Counted from the first letter of the stretch, positions 10,025 through 19,730 are shown. The stretch: 64,000 nt of DNA from Sedimenticola sp. (GCA_040505915.1 JBEVXV010000863.1:12156-76155), one strand, 5' to 3'. Translations and numbers: made by a program. Notes: a model not told the origin generated them from the sequence alone.

Positions 10025-11011
10025 TTAGTCACCAAGGTAACGAAACCAGTCGCGGGTTGCCTTTTCGATAGTTGCCTCGTTCCATACCGGGGCCTCGCGC
10101 CAGTAATTGATGTTTTCCAGCATTAGTGCCACCCCCTCCTCGAGGCTCACCGTGGCACGCCAATCGAGTAGGCGTCTGATCTTTCTCACATCTGCGTAGG
10201 TACAATCTGGCTCACCCGGGCGTTTGGGAATGTGGATATGGGGCCCTCCCAACAGCTCTACTAGGCGATTGACGCTGCAGGTATTGTCAGAGCCTACGTT
10301 CATGATCTCGCCACTAAGACTGCTGTCGGCGGCGCACACGAAGGCTTCTACCACATCCGTCACAAAGGTAAAGTCCCGCGATTGAGTGCCATCACCGACC
10401 ACTGTATACGGCTTGCCGGCCAGTTTTTGCGCAAGGAAAACACCGAATACAGCACCATAAGTACCCGATGTGCGCGAACGGGGCCCATATACATTGAACA
10501 GCCGCAAAGAGATGACTGGCAGCCCGTATACCTGGTTCCAGTGCATAACGCACTGTTCACCCAGCATCTTGGCAAGGGCGTATGGGTATTGCGGCCTCGC
10601 CTCTGCATCCTCTGCAGTTGGGTAGTGATCCGGGATGCCGTAACAGGAGGATGAGGCGGCATAGACGAAGCGCTTGACTCCGGCTGCTCGTGAGGCCTCT
10701 AAAATCGATACCGTACCGTCCACATTGGCGCGATGATAGGGGATCGGTTGCTGGATAGACGGAACAATATCTGCCAGCGACGCCAAGTGGAACACCCGCT
10801 CCACGCCATTGAAGAGAGGGCGGATTTGCTCTAGTTCATTAATGTCCACATGGTGGAAGCAAAGCCGTTCATTGTTGGCTACATGGGCGATATTTTCGAC
10901 CCGACCAGTCGAGCAGTTGTCCAGTACCACTACGTCATGGCCATCATTAAGAAGGCGTTCAACCAGGTGGCTGCCGATAAAACCAGCACCACCAGTAACC
11001 AATATTTTCAC
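10025..11011 (-). CDS. NAD-dependent nucleotide-sugar epimerase/dehydratase
   Basis: GGAGFIGSH, YALAK (YxxxK), FNVYGP, RDFTFV. Confidence 0.93.
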   Translation of the reverse strand: MKILVTGGAGFIGSHLVERLLNDGHDVVVLDNCSTGRVENIAHVANNERLCFHHVDINELEQIRPLFNGVERVFHLASLADIVPSIQQPIPYHRANVDGTVSILEASRAAGVKRFVYAASSSCYGIPDHYPTAEDAEARPQYPYALAKMLGEQCVMHWNQVYGLPVISLRLFNVYGPRSRTSGTYGAVFGVFLAQKLAGKPYTVVGDGTQSRDFTFVTDVVEAFVCAADSSLSGEIMNVGSDNTCSVNRLVELLGGPHIHIPKRPGEPDCTYADVRKIRRLLDWRATVSLEEGVALMLENINYWREAPVWNEATIEKATRDWFRYLGD

Positions 11012-11026
11012 TCGTCTCCTCCTGAA

Positions 11027-12130
11027 CTAAATAAAATTAACATGGGGTACTGACTCTTCAACCAGTTCGTAAAGATATCGGTTAACCTCATCCATTCGGC
11101 AGTTGCGCCGGCATTCAGAAATATCGAGCTGGTGACGTATAAAATCAAAATTCAGTTTTCTCTTGTCACCCTCCCAGACCCCCTTGAAGCCATCCTCAAA
11201 GACATTTCCGAGAGAAAAGCGCGTTTCACTCAAATAAGCAGGGCAGGAATAGAGTTCACCATTTGTCATTATGTGGGCCCAGAAGACCGGTGTGGAGTAA
11301 CATGTGCTATATCGTGCTGAAATGTCCTGTGCATATTTACGCATTGTATGGGCACGGAATACAACTGAGAAATCATCACTGGCCCATTGGGACAACGGCT
11401 CCTCCAAGCCAAGGTAGTCAGCATAATCAATATCTTTATATCGTTCTGTTTTGCTGGACAAGTGGTGTGAGTAGGGTTTTATCACAAGGTAGTCCAGCCC
11501 TATTTCGTCACGGCAGACACGAGCCAGCTCCTCCATCTCATCTGCGTTTTCTGGTAACAATATAGCCTGGGCACCTATCGTTGTTTTCAGAGCATGGTCA
11601 CGTCGATACTCTACCGCTGCCTGAAGATTGGCTATTACGCGCTCAAAGTCACCTTGTTTTCCACGATGAATTTTATCGTATGTAGCGGATGTTCCAGCAT
11701 TTATAGATGCCTTCAACCATGTAATGTCGCCTAGTGCCTTGTCAATAAACTGCTCAGTGAGCAGCGTTGCATTGGTTGTGACACCAAAATCCAGCCCCGC
11801 TTTATATCCTGCATTGATGGCCTCAACAATACCCTTATGCAGCAGCGGCTCCCCCTCACCGGCAAGGTGGATGCTCTTAACCCCGAGGCGCCCCATCTCC
11901 TCAAAAAGCGAAATTAACTTCTTGCCATCCATGGCTTGGGGCTGATAACCGATATAGTCGTAAGCACAAAACCGGCAACGATGATTACATGCGCCAACCG
12001 GCGACAGCTCAACATATATCGGATAGACACTTTTTACACTCGACCACTCATCGCCGGCCTTGAGAAACTCGGCAACCCGCAATGGGTGATATGCAAGTTT
12101 GTGTCCATCAATCCTGTACTTGTCAGTCAT
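11027..12130 (-). CDS. Radical SAM protein with SPASM/Twitch-like domain
   Basis: CNHRCRFC, GEGEPLLH, C...YSC...LGNV...CRRNC. Probable start MTDKYR at 12130. Confidence 0.9.
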   Translation of the reverse strand: MTDKYRIDGHKLAYHPLRVAEFLKAGDEWSSVKSVYPIYVELSPVGACNHRCRFCAYDYIGYQPQAMDGKKLISLFEEMGRLGVKSIHLAGEGEPLLHKGIVEAINAGYKAGLDFGVTTNATLLTEQFIDKALGDITWLKASINAGTSATYDKIHRGKQGDFERVIANLQAAVEYRRDHALKTTIGAQAILLPENADEMEELARVCRDEIGLDYLVIKPYSHHLSSKTERYKDIDYADYLGLEEPLSQWASDDFSVVFRAHTMRKYAQDISARYSTCYSTPVFWAHIMTNGELYSCPAYLSETRFSLGNVFEDGFKGVWEGDKRKLNFDFIRHQLDISECRRNCRMDEVNRYLYELVEESVPHVNFI

Positions 12131-12278
12131 ACTTACCTTTCGCACATGACATAAGGATACCTCTAAATAGAGTACTCTCTTGTATGCAAGGGTCACACAT
12201 TATGTTTACTTCGAACCTCTTTCGACAGCCGTTATTTTCAAGATATGACGAGCGCTACCGGGACTCTTTTATATCTGG

Positions 12279-13337
12279 CTAGTCCTGTTCGATCACATCC
12301 CATTGCAAGCGATCACCCACTTCAAGGTCGATCTTGGCCCTGTTACCTATGATTTGATCATAATATTTTGGTGCAAGCCCATATCCTGGGCGTACAGAAC
12401 TGATATTCTTTTTGGTAAATAACTCGCCATTTTTTATCGGTGCACTCACATAGAGTGAACGCTTACCGTGCCTGTTTTTTTCTGCCTCCGGGGTGAGACC
12501 GTAGAAGACTTGCCCAAGCGCTTGCTCGGTTGTGCGCACGTCTTTCACCAACTCTTTGAACTGTACCGGTGTTAGTGAAAAGAAGCTATCAACAGTTTCC
12601 TCCCCCCCCCCCAGGGTGAAGTGTTTTTCTATCATAACTGCACCAATGGCAACCGCTGCTATTGATACAGCATTTCCGATTGTGTGGTCTGACAGGCCGG
12701 AAGGACAGCCAAACGTCTGATGTAAATTCGGAATGGTGCGTAAATTAGCCTCTTCAACTGGGGCGGGATAGGCAGTGGTACACTTGAGCAAGGCAATCTG
12801 ATCACAACCGCCATCTCTTAATGTTTTCACTGCCAGTTCAACATCTGACAGTGATGCCAATCCTGTCGATAGAATTACCGGCTTGCCTGTAGCTGCGATA
12901 TATTGCAGCAACGGAATATCGTTGATTTCCGGAGATGCTATTTTGTACGCACAAGCTCTCAATTCTTCCATCAAATCGACAGATGTAGAGTCGAATACTG
13001 AGCCAAAAATATCGATGCCTACAGACTCCGCTTCTTCCACCAGCTCTGGCATCCACTCCCACGGGGTATGAGCATACTGATAGAGATCGTACATATTGCC
13101 ATAGCCAGCCCACGCACTGGATGCAGGAATAGCAAAGTCCGCCTTATCACTTTTCAATGTAATAGTATCTGGACGATAGACCTGAAGCTTTATAGCATCC
13201 GCTCCTGCCCACTTCGCCTGATGAATAATTTCTTTAGCCCGTGCTACATCGCCACCGTGATTGCCAGACATTTCGGCAATAATGTAACAGGGAGCCCCTG
13301 CTCCAATCGTCCTACCACCTATATTCAATATATTCAT
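12279..13337 (-). CDS. pseI: Pseudaminic acid synthase
   Basis: IIAEMSGNHGG, YKIASPE, GLSDHT, IEKHFT, C-terminal SAF domain (VRPGYGLAPKY); in the pse cluster. Confidence 0.92.
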   Translation of the reverse strand: MNILNIGGRTIGAGAPCYIIAEMSGNHGGDVARAKEIIHQAKWAGADAIKLQVYRPDTITLKSDKADFAIPASSAWAGYGNMYDLYQYAHTPWEWMPELVEEAESVGIDIFGSVFDSTSVDLMEELRACAYKIASPEINDIPLLQYIAATGKPVILSTGLASLSDVELAVKTLRDGGCDQIALLKCTTAYPAPVEEANLRTIPNLHQTFGCPSGLSDHTIGNAVSIAAVAIGAVMIEKHFTLGGGEETVDSFFSLTPVQFKELVKDVRTTEQALGQVFYGLTPEAEKNRHGKRSLYVSAPIKNGELFTKKNISSVRPGYGLAPKYYDQIIGNRAKIDLEVGDRLQWDVIEQD

Positions 13338-13410
13338 AACCTACTACGTATTACAATGCATTCTCAAACGAGGATTACGGAACATGTCGATTAGATGCTC
13401 ACGATTGAGA

Positions 13411-14592
13411 TCAATCACCAACCGTAACAAATATCAACTCATTGATTCTTCGAAGGATATCGGTGGCCACCTCCTTGTCTGTAAAGGACAAGATAAAAAC
13501 CCCCATTCTCTGGAATGAATAATTCACTACTTCATCACCCACATCGAGGTATTTAATAACCTTGATGATGTATTTCTCTATCGATGAATCAATAACGTAT
13601 TGACTAATTACGCCATTTTTCTTTGCTGCAGGGCAATGCCGAACCGTATAGCCGTCTTTCACCTGCCAGTCATCAATATGTAATGACTCCCCCATATACC
13701 CGCTAACTGTTAATGAGGTGTAATCCACCCCTGTCAGTTTATTAACAGGGTATGCATATAAGTCTCCGGGTGTTCTTCTCGTTATTTCAACAATATGGAA
13801 GTTGTCACCAACCATAAGAAACTGGGTATGCAGAAGTCCACCAACCAATCCCATTCTTTTTGCAATAGCTGAAATTTCCTCTACCAGACTATCTCTCAAA
13901 CCATCTTCGATTTCCAATGGTGCTAAAGAAGAAGAGACTTGGTATGGATTATATAGAGAATATTCGTTATCAAAAAAATGGAAAGCCATACCCCCATCCA
14001 CCAGAAAACCGGAAAAACTCTTCAATGCTCCCGCTTCAAACTCCTCTATAATCACATGACCATTAAGTGACCATTCAAAAGCTTTTATGAGGGCGCCTTC
14101 CACACCATTGAGATTATCCACTTTTGATATCCCTTTTCCACCAGACCTATCTACCGGCTTGATAATCAAAGGGTATTTAAATCCATCGCCATCAAATTCT
14201 TGCTGACTGGCAGTATCAGTCAGGTTAAAAAACTTTTGACGTGAAAAACCATTTTCTCTCATGAAATTTCTGAAAAGATCCTTGTGGTGCAGCATCTCAG
14301 CAACATCATAGGAATCATAACCAGGAAGACCTAACTGCTCTGCGACATAGGCACAAGTCAAATAGGCAGAGTCATTACACCCTGGGATAATATGATCAAC
14401 TGCATGCTCTCGAGCGGTTTCAAGTACTGTCTCCTTATCGGAGTAGTCAATAGAAAGATAGACATCACAGAAAAGATTTACATCAGCCACAGGAGCATTA
14501 TTCAATAAGAGAACAGAGTGGCCTGAATTTTTAAGACACTCAAGTAACGGAATATCCGAATGAACTCCTCCAAGGAACAGGATCAACGCCAC
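13411..14592 (-). CDS. ATP-grasp domain ligase
   Basis: YPLIIKPVDRSGGKGI, IIEEF, IVEITRR. Confidence 0.82.
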   Translation of the reverse strand: MALILFLGGVHSDIPLLECLKNSGHSVLLLNNAPVADVNLFCDVYLSIDYSDKETVLETAREHAVDHIIPGCNDSAYLTCAYVAEQLGLPGYDSYDVAEMLHHKDLFRNFMRENGFSRQKFFNLTDTASQQEFDGDGFKYPLIIKPVDRSGGKGISKVDNLNGVEGALIKAFEWSLNGHVIIEEFEAGALKSFSGFLVDGGMAFHFFDNEYSLYNPYQVSSSLAPLEIEDGLRDSLVEEISAIAKRMGLVGGLLHTQFLMVGDNFHIVEITRRTPGDLYAYPVNKLTGVDYTSLTVSGYMGESLHIDDWQVKDGYTVRHCPAAKKNGVISQYVIDSSIEKYIIKVIKYLDVGDEVVNYSFQRMGVFILSFTDKEVATDILRRINELIFVTVGD

Positions 14593-14596
14593 GCCA

Positions 14597-16075
14597 TCAC
14601 CTCCTCTTATATGAGATAATCGTCGATTTCATCTCACTATATTCGTCGAATGCGTGTAGAGACTTGTCTTTACCAATTCCGGATTCCTTAAACCCGCCAA
14701 AAGGTATGTTATTGTCATCTTCACCATATGAATTGACATGTACAATCCCGGCGTCTAATTGTTTGGAAACCGTTAGAGCCTCACTAAGATCATCAGACCA
14801 TATGGATGCAGCCAATCCATATCTTGAGTTATTTGCAATCGCCACTGCTTCAGATATTTGCTGGTAGGTTAATACCACAAGAACTGGCCCAAAAATTTCT
14901 TCCTGAGCCAACCGGTCATCCTGACCTACTCCATCAATAATCCTTGGGTTGATGAAAAATCCCTTTTCATTCACCCCTTCTGTCTCTCCGATCGTATGGA
15001 CATGGTATTGGTTGCCCTCCGCTTCAATGATGAATGATTGTACTCTTTCATATTGTGCTTTATCAACGAGTGACCCAACCGATGTTTTAATATCAAAAGG
15101 ATCAGCAGGAATATACCTTCTTGATGCATCTATTAAGAGCTCAAGAAACTCATCCTTGATTGAATCATGAACAATCAACCGACTCGGTGCAGAACAGATC
15201 TGCCCCTGGTTATAAAAAATATTTCTCGCAAGAATCTCTGCAGCATAGTCAAGGTCACGGTAATTCTTTGTCAGAACAAAGGCACTTTTTCCACCACATT
15301 CCAACCCTACCTTTTTCATATTTGAATTGGCGCTATCCGCCATCACCTTTTTTCCTGTTTCAGACGATCCAGTAAAAAATATTCCACGAACACCCTGGTG
15401 ACACACGAGCGCCTTTCCGGTCCTCGACCCATAACCCGGCAACACATTGAGAACTCCTGCGGGAATACCCGCCTGTACAGCAAGCTCAGCAACGTACAGC
15501 AAACTATATGATGACTGCTCTGCCGGTTTAGCTATCACACTATTTCCCATCAACAGAGCTGGCACAATCTTCCACGCCGCTACAACCATCGGGTCATTCC
15601 ATGGAATAATAACTCCCACCACCCCGATAGGTGTTCTCGTGACAGTTGCCAACAGTCCCTGATTATGATCTACGGCCTCATCGACTAGTTTATCGACCGA
15701 CTCGGCAAACCACCGAATTGCTGCAATTGCTTTTGGAATCGAGTCGTAAATGAAATTACTCAAGCAACGGCCGGTCTCCAACGTATCCATGTAGGCCAAT
15801 AGCTGTAGATTATCCTCAATGAGTTCAGCCCACCGCATCACGGCCTTCTTTTTCTCACTGGCGGAGCGCTCACGCCACCCACCTTTTTTGTATACATCCA
15901 GTGAGTTGGAAACTGCGAGATCGACAAGCTCATTATCTGCACACTCTATTGGAGGGATAGGCTCACCGTTGGCAGGGCACACCTTGTTTATTTTCTCCGC
16001 CCCCTCTATAGAGAGGTATTCACCATTAATATAAGGAGCTGTTCTGATATACTGCAGCACTTCTTTTTCATTCAT
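14597..16075 (-). CDS. Aldehyde dehydrogenase (PuuC-like)
   Basis: IIPWN, KPAEQS, FTGS, LECGGKS, NQGQICSA (catalytic Cys), EEIFGPV. Confidence 0.92.
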   Translation of the reverse strand: MNEKEVLQYIRTAPYINGEYLSIEGAEKINKVCPANGEPIPPIECADNELVDLAVSNSLDVYKKGGWRERSASEKKKAVMRWAELIEDNLQLLAYMDTLETGRCLSNFIYDSIPKAIAAIRWFAESVDKLVDEAVDHNQGLLATVTRTPIGVVGVIIPWNDPMVVAAWKIVPALLMGNSVIAKPAEQSSYSLLYVAELAVQAGIPAGVLNVLPGYGSRTGKALVCHQGVRGIFFTGSSETGKKVMADSANSNMKKVGLECGGKSAFVLTKNYRDLDYAAEILARNIFYNQGQICSAPSRLIVHDSIKDEFLELLIDASRRYIPADPFDIKTSVGSLVDKAQYERVQSFIIEAEGNQYHVHTIGETEGVNEKGFFINPRIIDGVGQDDRLAQEEIFGPVLVVLTYQQISEAVAIANNSRYGLAASIWSDDLSEALTVSKQLDAGIVHVNSYGEDDNNIPFGGFKESGIGKDKSLHAFDEYSEMKSTIISYKRR

Positions 16076-16100
16076 AATACATTACTTCCCGCAGGGTCTT

Positions 16101-17177
16101 TCAATCCATCAACTCTTGGTCATATTCATAAATACTATTTGCAACACGGTAAACACCCTGACAGTCGTAATAGTCTCTAAAGAGACTCAACGCCCCGAGA
16201 GCGCCTGCATAATCTTTACAGATAGCGATAACTCGATCGATGATCTCATCTCGGCAATCATCGAAGTGTTCGTTAAAATGGTGGGGGTGGCCTATCTCCT
16301 CAAAAAATGATCTCTCTTGCTTCTGGTTATCAGCGACGACAAAGGTAACCGCTGGGATACCGCACAACATCGCTTCATAAATACTACCGCCAGCTGCACC
16401 GATAAAAAGATCAGAAGTCTGATAATAGTTCCGTAACGAGCTGGCGTGCTGAACTGGGATAATAGAGTGTTGGTGACAAAATTTTTGGAATGTATCCAGA
16501 CCTTCGCTTTGCGAGCCCACAACGGGACGAATGTCAATATCAATAAATGGAAAAACCTCTGCAATCAGTGCCTCAACTACCTTCCTCAATAGTCTAAGAT
16601 TCGGCATCCCACCGAGTGATATGAGAAGCACAAAACTCTTATCTATATTAGACACATTTTTTTTATATCCCCCTGCTCCATCACAGTAGATTCGGTCAAA
16701 CAGATAGTACGCTGGACCGAGGAGGCATTTACACGTCTGAGGTACCAAATCTCTATAAGCAGTATTAGTATTATGGCCTCTCCACTTCGAATCAATTAAT
16801 AACCCGGCATGATGTTTTCTTTTTATGTCATCGATAGCAACAACCTTGTATCCGGCATCAATCAACGCACGTTCAATACCCCACCCCGCCTCATAGTCAT
16901 CGATAATCAAAGTTTTTATAGATCCATGTTTCCTCAGAACGTCAACAATGCTAGGGGTGAGTTGCTGACCATCATTCATCGCAGGAAGAACATTGACCTC
17001 TCCAAAGCCATGATCCGTGATGATAGTTTCATCACCTACAGAGAGTCTCTTTGTTAAAAACAGTACACGATACCCCCTTTCTTCAAGAGCAGCGGCAACA
17101 GACATCATCCTTTTCAGGTGGCCCAGACCAACATCACCGCCAAAACCAACATAAATTGCAACAGAGAACGGGGGCAT
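16101..17177 (-). CDS. pseG: UDP-2,4-diacylamido-2,4,6-trideoxy-altrose hydrolase (PseG-like, GT-B fold)
   Basis: GLGHLKR, IIDDY, AIDD, LLGPAY, GAAGGSIYE, ADNQ; in the pse cluster. Confidence 0.82.
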   Translation of the reverse strand: MPPFSVAIYVGFGGDVGLGHLKRMMSVAAALEERGYRVLFLTKRLSVGDETIITDHGFGEVNVLPAMNDGQQLTPSIVDVLRKHGSIKTLIIDDYEAGWGIERALIDAGYKVVAIDDIKRKHHAGLLIDSKWRGHNTNTAYRDLVPQTCKCLLGPAYYLFDRIYCDGAGGYKKNVSNIDKSFVLLISLGGMPNLRLLRKVVEALIAEVFPFIDIDIRPVVGSQSEGLDTFQKFCHQHSIIPVQHASSLRNYYQTSDLFIGAAGGSIYEAMLCGIPAVTFVVADNQKQERSFFEEIGHPHHFNEHFDDCRDEIIDRVIAICKDYAGALGALSLFRDYYDCQGVYRVANSIYEYDQELMD

Positions 17178-17189
17178 CTGATATGCCTG

Positions 17190-18326
17190 CTAGATAAACC
17201 GGTCAAACTCTCGTATTTTTTCGATCTTTTCTTCATTTCTCAACTTCTCGTTTATATCGAAAATACTAAGATTTGTTTTGTGTCTCAGACAGTGAAAAGT
17301 ACAGTCTATCGATGGATTGAGCCTACTCATCACCTCCTGCCTATCTTCAGATAGCCACACATTCCTGAAGCTATCTGTAGTGACATCCCCTACCTTCATA
17401 TGTTCTTTACCCCTCCAGTATGGACAAACATAGACACCTCCCGGTGTGATGGTGGCCCTCAAATAGGTGGACGGGCATACCTGGTAATCCTTTACCTGCA
17501 ATTGATCAATTCCATACGCCTTATTGAAGGAATGCTCAAGATTGATCGCTTTCATGATCTTGAATCCATCATCCTCCAGTTCATCCAACCTCACTACTTC
17601 TGCCCTGGCTGCCTCAATATCCTGCACACTGTGCTTCATCAGGGCATGATCAATTCCCTCCCTGAATTGATAACTGGGCTTTACCTCAAAATAGTCACAA
17701 CCGGTCTCTTTCGCCAATTTGGCTGCGGAATAGATTTCATGGATATTACTGACAACTCCATTGCCATCCGCCTCTGTCTGTATCAGAAACGAGTAACCCA
17801 ACTTCCCCTTTTTCTTCTCTGACAACAAACGGATATTATCGATTATCTTGTCGAACTTTGATCCCCCCCCCCTCGAGGGACGGTTTAAGCCAAACAGCGC
17901 TGAAGTACTTGCATCCATCGACACTCGCGTCCATTGCGAATATTCAGCTATCTCATCGATCCACCTGTCTATAAATGAACCATTGGTAGTAATACCTATA
18001 TGGATATCATTATACCCAAGCAGTTTGATCAACTCCCCAGCTTTTGGATGAGCCAACGGCTCTCCTCCACCGATCAAGATTACCGCTTTAACACCAAAAT
18101 AAATCAATTCTCGCCCTAGCTCGATAAGTCGATCATCCAAAAACCTGTTGCCCATCTGAATCAGGTCTTCACTAATACAACCCGGGCAGGCCAGATCACA
18201 TGCGGCGGTCGGGTCGAGTTCCACAACAAATGGGGGGACAGCACCCCCCCCCCATTCAATCTCACCAATTCTATCCACCACTGTCGATTGAGACAGCTTG
18301 CTTGTCAGATCCATTACTTTAGCCAT
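17190..18326 (-). CDS. Radical SAM protein with SPASM/Twitch-like domain
   Basis: CDLACPGC, IGGGEPLAHP, C...YVC...VGDV...SFRNVW...CTFHC. Confidence 0.9.
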   Translation of the reverse strand: MAKVMDLTSKLSQSTVVDRIGEIEWGGGAVPPFVVELDPTAACDLACPGCISEDLIQMGNRFLDDRLIELGRELIYFGVKAVILIGGGEPLAHPKAGELIKLLGYNDIHIGITTNGSFIDRWIDEIAEYSQWTRVSMDASTSALFGLNRPSRGGGSKFDKIIDNIRLLSEKKKGKLGYSFLIQTEADGNGVVSNIHEIYSAAKLAKETGCDYFEVKPSYQFREGIDHALMKHSVQDIEAARAEVVRLDELEDDGFKIMKAINLEHSFNKAYGIDQLQVKDYQVCPSTYLRATITPGGVYVCPYWRGKEHMKVGDVTTDSFRNVWLSEDRQEVMSRLNPSIDCTFHCLRHKTNLSIFDINEKLRNEEKIEKIREFDRFI

Positions 18327-18377
18327 TCAGGAACACCTTGCATTTCAATCAGATCACGACAACGTAGAAAACAACTC

Positions 18378-19730
18378 TCAGCATTCACGCTCTATCAACT
18401 CACACATTGCATCAAATTCAGCCAGGATCTTCTCACACTCTTCCCCACCACCCCAGACCCATCGCTGAAACGTCGTATGCCCTGGATACTGGGAACCTAC
18501 AGGCGTTCCAAGCGACTCACAATATGCCTCGGAACCTGCATAGGTATCCTCCGACAGATGCACAAAATTCAAATACTTTACATCCATATTAAACATGCAA
18601 AGTGTTATCGTGCCTGTATTCACCGTCATATTCATATGCGCTGTTTCATAAAGCGCCATGCGTAAAAGTAAATTCCAGGATGCCGCATGAAATACCAGAT
18701 GGCCACCAAGTTCATCCGGCTCAAAATCTGAGTAGGTATCTTTTACAAAGATCGGAGTATAGCCCTTCTTTTTTATCTTCCTTGCAAAACAGACCCAAGC
18801 ACTAACATCGCTGTTCCGCTCTTTTTCAAGGCCATACTGTCTCAGGGTAATAACAACACTCTTTTTGCAATCAAGCCCTTTCGCCTTGAACCACTGCCTT
18901 ATAAAAGCCAATGACACCTCACTACTTTTTAGCGGCTGACCGTAACCAGCACCATCATAGACAGCCTCATTTGTAATATTTATTGCGCTATTCAGCTCTA
19001 TGGGATTATCCACATCATACTGTTCGGGGAAACAACTGCCGGACTGATTCTCTGCCAGCAATTTCGCTTCACTTCGATGACCGCATTGTGTAACCCCGCT
19101 GCAACTGGGCATTAAAGCTACAGACGGAATGATGACATTGTGCATGAACCATGAATTGTCACACTCCAAGTATGCTTCGTTGTTTGTTCTCCGTATTGAT
19201 TGCCGTGAAAAGTCAAAAATGGAATCCGTTCGCTGAGGAACAATAACAACATGCAACGAATCCTTGCCCAGTCGTCTGCGTTCAGCATCTGCATGAACAA
19301 ATGAGAAGAGGAATTCGAAGGTCAGGGTATTAACACTTAGATCATAGAAGAAATAGTGCGTAGTTGGCTCTTCCTCTGCACAAACTGTAGGCCCAAGCGA
19401 AAATTTGCTACTTACCCAATCAACATTGTTTAGACCATGCTTCTGCAGAGTAGAAACGATCTTCTCCCGAATCGCCTCTTTCTCGATAACGACAGCAACT
19501 CTGACAGACTTCGCATTTGAATCAGTCTGACTAATTTTTGTAATACTTCCACCTGATTGTCGTGTCGATTTAAAAGAGTCCAAATAACCAAGCACCTGAA
19601 TATCAGGTCTTTTTTTCTCTATTGCTGCGGTAAATCGTTCTGCTGCTCCACCAGCAGGGGCAACAAAAATAGATTCACCCTCAGGGATCTCTTCCAGGCT
19701 CTTCAACTCTCTCATCAATGTAGTCCCCAT
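18378..19730 (-). CDS. Hypothetical protein, possibly glycosyltransferase-like
   Basis: 450-aa ORF co-oriented in the operon; Rossmann-like N-terminus (VLGYLDS) and a GT-B-like C-terminal segment (VITLR...RNSD...W). Confidence 0.6.
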   Translation of the reverse strand: MGTTLMRELKSLEEIPEGESIFVAPAGGAAERFTAAIEKKRPDIQVLGYLDSFKSTRQSGGSITKISQTDSNAKSVRVAVVIEKEAIREKIVSTLQKHGLNNVDWVSSKFSLGPTVCAEEEPTTHYFFYDLSVNTLTFEFLFSFVHADAERRRLGKDSLHVVIVPQRTDSIFDFSRQSIRRTNNEAYLECDNSWFMHNVIIPSVALMPSCSGVTQCGHRSEAKLLAENQSGSCFPEQYDVDNPIELNSAINITNEAVYDGAGYGQPLKSSEVSLAFIRQWFKAKGLDCKKSVVITLRQYGLEKERNSDVSAWVCFARKIKKKGYTPIFVKDTYSDFEPDELGGHLVFHAASWNLLLRMALYETAHMNMTVNTGTITLCMFNMDVKYLNFVHLSEDTYAGSEAYCESLGTPVGSQYPGHTTFQRWVWGGGEECEKILAEFDAMCELIEREC

